A DNA stretch of 64,000 bases from Oopsacas minuta. Its lineage: Eukaryota; Animalia; Porifera. Below are positions 55,449 through 64,000 of the stretch, piece after piece. Location of the stretch: contig JAKMXF010000077.1 of the NCBI GenBank assembly GCA_024704765.1, forward strand, positions 573,220 through 637,219, written 5' to 3'. The notes under the pieces are model-generated. The model saw only the letters and a program-made list of their open reading frames with translations. It made no database searches and was not told where the DNA came from. Made by a program: the position numbers and the translations under genes. Numbering within the stretch: the first letter of the stretch is position 1; each line of letters begins with the position of its first letter.

Positions 55449-55499
55449 TATATTGCGAGAAAGGCAGCGCAACTGACGAGTCTACGCCGAGACGAAATA
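55449..55499 (+). ncRNA. Putative hammerhead ribozyme (type III topology, minimal stem III)
   Basis: AUA triplet (55450-52), stem I UUGCG/CGCAA, core CUGACGA (55473-79), stem II GUCU/AGAC with a 6-nt loop, GAAA (55494-97) and a 3-bp stem III. Confidence 0.6.
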
Positions 55500-56442
55500 A
55501 AGCATGGAATCAGATACAAGTGAGTTTCTTATCTATTTTTTATTTTTTTTAATGTCCCCTTGTCTGTGGCAGTTCGGGGTCCGTTAGCTCCTCGTGTGTC
55601 TGTTAAATTACGATTTATTGTACATATTCGTTTATGTTGCAGCTTAGAGTCAAATTTGGTGTGATCGCAATCACATTAAACTCGCTCCAACACTGCACAC
55701 ATAAACAAGGTGAGGTTAACGTTAAACGTTTAGCGTTAGAGGGTGGCTGTAAGGGGAAGGAAGAGGCCACCGCAGCTGACTTGTTTTATTTATAGAAATC
55801 TAGTGTTTTCCAGGAGTATGCAGCATGCCAGAGGCTCGCGGTTTTCACCTCAACTCGATATGTGTATCAACATTATACCAAGACTCCGCAACAAATGCAT
55901 AGTCTACGCTTGTCCATTAGATGAACATATTTCAGTGGTTATTCCTTAAAGCTTGTTAGGAAGTATAGAGAAATGGGCAAAGATGAACTCGCCTACAATT
56001 CGTACTTAAGATATTCCGAATATTCATTATCATGCTAATGCTTGCAAAATTTTTGTTATTTGATAGAATATATTGCAATATATAGATTGACATGTTAAAT
56101 TATATTATTTATCATGAGTTATTAAATACAATTATCAAATACCTACCACCTTCTGTCCAAGTAATATTATTATAAAGTATTTATATACACCTGTCTATTT
56201 TTGGCATTTTGGATAACTATACATATTGTAAATTTGATATACGTAGTGGTAACATAGTTTACATGTTATCAAACAAATTCACTACTTTCTAGAATCCAAC
56301 TCTAAATTGACTTATTTATTCAGCTACGTATACGTATGGCAAGTCTAAAGTTGAATTACATTATGTACATTGAGTGGTAATTACGTAATGAAAGTGTATG
56401 GAAATCGAAAAAGTCAAATGACAGAGAAGTAAGATTACTTTA

Positions 56443-56616
56443 GGGTCAAAATCCTACGACAATAATACATTATATGCGGGTCAAAATCCTACGGCTGTAA
56501 TTAGTGTAATACATTTTGATGCGGGTCAAAATTCTACGCATAAATTACATCGTAGGATTTTGACCCGCACCATGGATATGCTATTAGGATTTTGTATTGC
56601 GGGTCAAAATCCTACG
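56443..56616. repeat. Cluster of 18-bp GCGGGTCAAAATCCTACG motifs in direct and inverted orientation
   Basis: Direct copies at 56443, 56476, 56521 and 56599; an inverted copy at 56551-68; a partial inverted copy at 56586-95. Confidence 0.9.
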
Positions 56617-56707
56617 CAACAGGTCCTACTATCCAATTACGATCCAATTTACGATTCTCTAATTTATGCATTTCTCGAAATACAGATTCATATTTTGATT
56701 ATTACTA

Positions 56708-56889
56708 CAGTAGAACCTCGCTAATAGGTACACCAAGGGACTGTCGAGATTTGTACTCCTCATCCGGAGAACGTATTAACAGGAGCAAAAATAATTGAAT
56801 ATGTATTGTACGAATTAAAATTGTGTAAACTCTGTTAATCTTAACCGGAAATTCGTATTAAATGTTTTCGTATTAACGAGGTTTCACTG
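56708..56889. mobile_element. pogo-like MITE, 182 bp
   Basis: TA|CAGTAGAACCTCGCTAATA ... TATTAACGAGGTTTCACTG|TA. Confidence 0.8.
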
Positions 56890-59348
56890 TATCAGGAGGT
56901 TCGATTATTGGTAAACCAGCGCATTCAAACTATTTCTTTGCAGGAAAACGTAGGCAGCAATCAATTGAGTAAGGATAAATCGATGGAAATTTTATGTCTG
57001 CTTCCACCCTTAGAATTTTTCTACCATCACCATTCAGATATTTTTAGGTGCGGCCGCAAGTTCGCACCTTGGCCCACTGCTACTGGCACATTCATGATAA
57101 GTGAATAATTACTTCGAATGCAGTAAATAGGACCTAAATGAATAAATAAATGCGATATTAAAACAGAAATTTCACTTGAGGCATAAGTATAAAGATCTAC
57201 ACTGGTGCTTTGGACGCTGGGCGGGCTGGCCCACAATCAAGCAGACAGAGAATCTGACAGTTTAAGTTGAATTACTGTCCCACGGGCCTTACTTATGGAG
57301 AATAATGTTGTGGGGGGACGTCTCCCATAAAGCTAGCAAAATACTACCAACGACTATCATGTATGTCAATGGAGACAAAATCACTATAATCTCACACCTT
57401 GAAAATAATCAACAACAATTCTATAGAAATTCTACAATTCTTAGTCTCTAACCACTTGTTATCATCACATGCGCCTTTGTGATTGTTACTATGCACGATA
57501 TAGTTTAAAATTAAATCTTCAGTTATGATATTAGACTCATGATATGGATTAAATGCCTTGATATTTAGAGCATGCACTGAAACACTTTGGGCATGTACCA
57601 CAATGCGTTTCGCAATACAATGAAACAAAGTAGCAAAATAGGCATGATGCAAAGATCTATCACCAAAAGCTATATGGTAGCGACAATCAGGGCTCCCGAC
57701 CTCAGGCTTATTGGGTTATTCTCAAGTACTCATGCTAAGTCTTCAACCCCCCCTTTCATAATTAAGCACCTAGGCGAAAAATACATTTCAACTGGATACC
57801 TTACAAATATGTTTTTGAATCGCTGGACTCCTTTTCCTCCTCGCAAGCCCTTCTATTTAAAATTATTAAAAAATAACATCGTTTTTTGCAACCTTGTTAA
57901 TGTGAAAATAGGCAATTTTAATATATTCTCTTCAAAGTTTATTGACTTCATTGACTCCCAGTTAATAGTCCTCTTACGTGCGACAAGTGTATCAAAAGTT
58001 ACTGAAGTGGAATAGAATATTTATTGCTCAAAATGATTGAATTTGTTAAGTATAAACAATTTCGATGAATTTGGGGACAAAGAATTCATGCTCCAAACCA
58101 ATACTGATTGTTTAACTGAATTGGGTGATTGTACCTATAGGAATAGTTCGCATCTTGAACATGCATTTTTGGGTAAAACCAGTTTTCAATTGAAAAATGT
58201 TAAATTTTGAACGGATTAGTAGACTCAAAAATATCACTCGATTTACAATTATTAATAAATGTGGAATACAAAACATGCCTTACATATTCGCATATCGTAC
58301 CGGGCATATATACAAACAAACTAGTAGCTCGTCATCTGGAAATCCTTAAACCTAGACATATTTTAATAAGTGATACATGGTGTCGTATTTCATCACCAGG
58401 ACCAATCTAAAAACCTCGTTTACAATGATATGAATTGAATTTATCAAGTATTAAATGACTAAATTCTACATCCATCACATCCGAGGCTCGAGGTAATTTT
58501 GTGTTAGGACTTGGAGAAATTTCTAAGTCATCAGGTTCGTTATCCTATAGTGGTACTTGGTTGATATGAGGACCAGCCCTTGCTTAGTTTTCCAAATATT
58601 CACTTTCAAGTGTAAAATCTCTATAAATCTCTGTATCGTCGGTAGAGATACCATATCAGGCACTAAACTTGGAGTCATTTCAATCAAACGGTTGATGTCC
58701 TAAATCTGATGCTAGAATATGGTGTCTCGTTTCGGGAATTATTGTTACCATAGATACCAGAAAATGTAAAGAGAACAAAGGAAAAAGTGTCGGCAAATGC
58801 ATAGTATTGTAGGTACCTGTTTGAAATTTTCGGAATACCGAAACCAGCATTTCTCAAACTTTTTCGAAATGCAGCATACATATTACACTAATATTCATCA
58901 CTGCACACCTATCAAGGGTGAACTCAAGTCATTCATTTGAACTACGGTGTAAATTTGCTAGAATGATATATTCCAAATATAAAAATTGAGTTTAAAAAAG
59001 AAGATTTTCTTGGCAAAGTGGCTAATATAATGGGGGGGGTTGGGGCATGTTCCCCTAGTGCCCCTTGTTCATTCATTTTCCAGTTAAGAATGATTTGAAC
59101 AGTGTTTGATTATTTGATATAAAGACACGACATTATATAATGAGTTTCTTATCTATCTGAGAATATCATTATATTGATTGAATAAATATCAACCATTAAT
59201 ATGCCCAAATATTTCTCAGAAGAAGATCAAAGTAATTGAACACAAGGTTTTCGGATGATGTTGTGATTATACGCCCATAGTGATATAAATATGAAGTCAA
59301 ACATTCAAAATTCAATATATTCATTTTCACTTCCCGCCGAGCAGTGTA

Positions 59349-60658
59349 CAGGGTGTCTAATAAGTTCTGTCCTCATAAATCACATCACATTGCATAGTTA
59401 CGTATAAATACACAAGCAGTTTTGGATGCATAATTTGTAACACCTTTTCGGCTCTTTCTAACGATATAATAGGCTTCTATATAATATTATTTACGCTTGT
59501 GAAAATAATGGCTGAAAAAATTAGATCCAAAATTATCGCACTTTTCGAGATAGGTAGCTCAAAAAAGGAAATTTTTCACAAACTAAAAAGGGAAAGGTTT
59601 CACCTAAGCTAACATATCGTACCATAAAACGATATAAGGATACTGGAAGCTTGAGTGACAAACCTAGATCCGGTCGTTTAAGGTCTGTAAGGACTCCAGC
59701 CGTGAAAAACAAAGTCCACTGCCGAATTTCTCGGAATCCCCAGAGATTCATCAGGAAAATGGCCCGTGAGTTAGCGGTTAATCATGAAACGCTGCGAAAG
59801 CTGGTAGTTGAGGATCTAGTGTTTAAGTCTTTTAAAAGAATGAAGGTACACCACCTAACTCGAGTATTCGGACTAAGAGGCTGGGTAGATCGAAAGCACT
59901 TCTTCAGCGATTCGCTCCTGGGGCCCAAGACCAGATCCTCTTCTCAGATGAGAAAATTTTCACGATTGAAGAGGCTTGGAATAGACAAAATGATCGGATT
60001 CTTGCTACCAGTTCCACAGCAATCCCAGAAAACCTGAAATAGATCGATAGAGTGCAAAAGCCAATGTCTGTGATGGTCTGGGGTGGTGTGTCCGCAAATA
60101 CACGGACAAATCTGATTTTTGTCCCCCAAGGGGTCAAAATCAACTCTGCGACATACCAAGAATTGATTTTGGAACAGGAAATCAGTGTAGCTGGGCAAAA
60201 TCAATTTAGAAATCACACTTGGATCTTTCAACAGGATTCTGCCCCTGCAGATGCATCCAAAAGCACTCAAGACTGGTTAAGGCCAAGAAAATCGAGTTTA
60301 TTAGCAAAGACGAATGGCCCCCATCTAGTCCAGATTCGAATCCGCTCGATTATAGCGTCTGGGCTAATCTGGAGGCAAGGGCCTGTGCTAAACTCCACAA
60401 GAGTTTGGGCTCTCTGAAGCTCTCCCTTCAGCGTGAATGGCAGAAAATACCACAAGATGAGCTGCGAAATGCAGTAGGGAACTTTAGGCCGCGGCTACAG
60501 GATGTAATTTCTCAAAACGGAGGATATATTGAGTAAACACTTTACTAAACAATGTATATCTAAATATTTTATCAGTATATAAAATATCAACCAAATTGGT
60601 TTAATATAGAAAATATGGCAGACAAAAACATTGAGGACATAACTTATTAGACACCCTG
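59349..60658 (+). mobile_element. Second maT (DD37D) element, 1310 bp, defective
   Basis: 27-bp TIRs CAGGGTGTCTAATAAGTT(C/A)TGTCCTCA with one mismatch, and TA on both sides. Confidence 0.92.
59508..60536 (+). pseudogene. maT transposase with several frameshifts
   Basis: MAEKIRSKII.., KPRSGR..RNPQR, FSDEKIF, SVMVWGGVS, QQDSAPAD, WPPSSPDSNPLDYSVW and GGYIE*. It is a clear paralogue of 30743-31763. Confidence 0.9.
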
Positions 60659-62543
60659 TATATCATATAAGAAAAGACACAATTTGAGTTGCAGAATCTG
60701 TAATTGGATGTAAGGAAGTGAACTTAGTATTTATAAGCTAACTTTATAGAATTTATGATAAAACATCACTAATTACGTTTATTCACTAATGTGTGTAAAA
60801 CGTACAAAATCTAGATGATAATGAAATTTAACGACATTAATCTAATGAAAGTTGGTGGAGCATCCATTACCAGCCATTATCCAGCAGAAGTCAGAAATAG
60901 CTAGAATACCCAGCATAAAGCATTTCAAATGTAAAATCTGTCCAGACATCCGAATTAGTGTGATAAAATGCCAAAATAAACCAAATATTGAAAGTTGATC
61001 AAATCCAAGAAGAATATATTATCTTAAAAATTTGGGCCAAATATTTGGGGTGCGATTGCAATAAAAAATCAGGACATTCAGGCTAATAGCTTATGACCTT
61101 ACCAATAAAACAATAAACATAAAAATTATCATCAGGAAATAATGATAACTAATGCGAAAAATAGCTCCAATCCACATAGCAAAGCAAAACATATTATCAC
61201 AATTAAGTGGGATTCTCTCACCATTTCAAAGAGAAATTCTCAATAATTATGTCAAATAGCTTTCAAATTAGTTCAGCCAATGTTTCCTGACTTCAGTTAA
61301 GGAAAACCCAGCACCATATAAGAAATTAGCTTTAGTTATCCGAAAACCAAATTTGAAAGTGTATGAGGAAAGAGTCCGGATAATCGAGGGTGTACTTTAG
61401 TATTATATTCAGCGGACTTGATTTCTGGCTAAGGTTGAAGTTAGTGCTATAAATAGGACAGGGGTTACCAAGCGGTGGCCAGCGAGGTTATTGATATTTT
61501 AACTGTCATGCCTAATCTGCTACGTGCTAAACTTACATTTGTAATGTTCCCAATTAGTTTACAATTCTATCATCGTTTACGATTAGTAACATAATCCAGA
61601 TATCACCACCCATATATGATAAAAAGTATATGTTTTGATAGGTCTCGAAACAAGTAGAGAATATGTTTATTTTCAAAGGTCATTCCTGTTATATTGAAGG
61701 TTGACATTTTCTGCGGCGTCCTATCTTACCAATAATATTTCTTTGTCTTTTTGTCGTTTACAAGGCTTCAAACCCTTGCTCAAGAAATGGGATGTTTCTG
61801 ACAACCTATCAGAGAATAGGCTTAGCAAGTACATATATACAGGAGAACTCAGATAAGAAGTACCTCCGAGGATCATTTCACATTTATCTGAATAAAATTC
61901 CTATAAGTGCAAGTATTGGACAACAGTCTTGATGAAAGATACGTACTAACCGAGTTCAACAGTATATCACTAGGAAAAGATTCAGCAATACTAATCGTAG
62001 AATGTTCATATGAGATGAATTTACAAAAACATCGTGGCAATTTGGGCAATTTACCTGTTATCATAGACTACCAATATTTATCTATAATATTAGTATTATG
62101 TGTTTCTAGAACATCAGGTGAAAATTTAGCATTTACCTGTCAATATTTGTTAGAATAGGGTAATTTCATAGATCTTGAAAGAATTCCCTTAATAATAATA
62201 TATTATTAAGGGAATGTTTTCCCTGATCTATGAAATTACCCAATCCAAACATTGATAACTCTAGTAATCATATAACCTATAAGTGAAAATATAGTATTAT
62301 GATCATTTGTCCAATTACAAAGAATGAGACGGTCAGACAGGCTATAATTAATTTGACCAGCCAACTTAAAGACAGTAGAGCTCAGAATTGTCTAAATCTT
62401 TTGCAAAACATATATATAGAACTCAGTTAGTGTGTATTTGCTTCCAAACTGGTTATATACACTTAAACTTGTAAGAAAAATATTTCGAGAAAACCAAAAA
62501 ATATTTTAATACTCCAGGGATGTCTTACCCGATTTCTAGTGTA

Positions 62544-63866
62544 TAACGGGGTGCTACTAAAAATCCGACAACTTCACGAGTGTCAGATAATATCAATTAC
62601 TATGCCACCATATGTTTATATTGTTTGATATTTAAGTACACTACTTGACAACTTATAATTAGAAATTATTATTAAGACAGGTGTACTTCGCAAAATGGAG
62701 ACCCTTTCAGAGAAGCAGAGAAGAGACATAGTTGTACAGTTCTATAAGGAGTACTCCGATAGGGGTAAGTGTTTCACCATTGACCATTTTATGAAGATGA
62801 AAATGAGGAGGAGTACATTATAGGACATCTTGGGAAGTTATGAGAGAAGGAAAACAACAGAAAGGAAAGGGGGGAGTGGAAGAACCGCACAGAAACTGCC
62901 AGTATTGAAGAGGATGCGGTTGAAACAGGCTGCCAATAACAAGAAGGGGGTCAGTCACAGAAAACTGGCTGCGAAGTTCAATGTAAGCAGATCTTATGTA
63001 AGAAAGGTTCTCAAAAGTCAGAATGTAAAGTACTCAAGAGACAGAAGTGCCCAGATTCAACTCCAGACCAACAAACACGACAGATAAAGTGCCTCAGGTC
63101 CATGAATCGGAAACTCTGTCCGCCAAATTCAGATGTAGTGATCATTTTGGACGACGAGTCGTATTTCCCTCTCAAACATGATGAAATGCCCGGAAATGAT
63201 GGTTTTACTCAGATAACAAGAAGAATACCCCATTCAGTGTAAAATACAAAACAAAACAGAATTTTGCTCCAAAGGTCATGATCTGGCTCGCAATCAGCGA
63301 ACGGGGCCACTCCGACGTCTATGTGAAGCCATCAGGTTTTGGTATTAATAGTGGAGAATATATTGGTGAATGTATTCGTGCAAGATTGGTTCTTGTTATC
63401 AATCAATTGCACAAAGGCGACGAGATCTTGTTTTGGCCAGATCTAGCAAGCTCCCATTACTCTATAGCGACCAGAGCTTGCTACAAAGAGATCGGAATTA
63501 ATGTTGTCCCAAAGAAATGAACCCTCCCAACGTCCCCCAACTACGGCTTATTGAAAATTTTTGGGGAATTCTTAAAGCAGAGGTCTATAAGGGTGCGTGG
63601 GAGGCCAAAAAGCGTCGCTCAATTGGTTAATAGAATAAAAGATGTCTAGCTGAAATGGACTAGACATCTGTCCAGGCAATGATGCGAACTTGTAAAACAA
63701 ACATCAGAAAGGCAGCAGACAAAACACCTCTCGTAATGCTATAATTGACACTATATGAACTTTTGACTATGAATAGAGTATATACAAAAGCCGAATGAAT
63801 AGGCCACAATATAGTCCATTCAAGTCCTGATCAAAACCAGTCCGGATTTTTAGTAGCACCCCGCTA
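62544..63866 (+). mobile_element. IS630-Tc1-mariner element of the FWPDLA-type DD37E group (ITmD37E/L31-like)
   Basis: TIRs TA(A/G)CGGGGTGCTACTAAAAATCCG at both ends. The exact TA boundary is ambiguous by 2 bp. Length ~1.32 kb. Confidence 0.8.
62695..63744 (+). pseudogene. DD37E transposase with stops and frameshifts
   Basis: ILDDESYF, KVMIWLAIS, FWPDLASSHY and NPPNVPQLRLIENFWG. The D-to-E spacing is 37 after restoring one deleted base near 63515. Confidence 0.8.
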
Positions 63867-64000
63867 TACTTGTCAACAGATGCCCTACGATTTATTCAGT
63901 GGTAGGCTTGGTTTGAAGCCTTAATAATGGACAAAAGGACAAAAAATGAATATACATGACATGAATAGAACGCAGCAGAAAAAGAGCAGGGTGCAATAAA

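Noticed and set aside
56443-56616. CRISPR-like appearance of repeats with spacers
   Set aside because: Eukaryotic TE context, mixed orientation, irregular spacer lengths and no cas genes.
57392-58015. ORFs 57587-58015 (+) and Cys-rich minus-strand text
   Set aside because: No recognisable domain, and the frames are stop-rich.
60800-61200. Hydrophobic minus-strand text with LAISD and LDRF words (GPCR-like)
   Set aside because: The two words are in different frames with many stops. T-rich DNA produces such hydrophobic text by chance.

Overview
AT-rich eukaryotic (probably invertebrate) DNA with no recognisable host protein-coding gene, rRNA, tRNA or CRISPR array. The window is a graveyard of decayed, mostly DNA-type transposons. 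Well-supported elements: two Chapaev3 (CMC superfamily) copies with CAC termini and 3-bp TSDs; four IS630-Tc1-mariner copies (two DD37D/maT, one Tc1-type DD37E, one FWPDLA-type DD37E); a 6.07-kb MULE/FB-NOF-like element with ~350-bp TIRs, a 9-bp TSD and a C-terminal OTU-like protease; a truncated Chapaev-like zinc-finger ORF; several pogo-like and hAT-like non-autonomous elements. The region 30.5-39.3 kb is a nested insertion stack. The most notable signals are (i) an intron-containing Ginger-like Gypsy-integrase gene spliced in frame to a USP (peptidase C19)-like deubiquitinase domain, (ii) a complete hammerhead-ribozyme core just downstream of it, and (iii) a second, independent deubiquitinase-fold capture (OTU) in the MULE. 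Weaker signals suggest very old fossils of a family-B DNA polymerase (Polinton-like), a LINE endonuclease and a Penelope-like element. All calls come from manual reading; family names rest on recalled motifs, not database searches.
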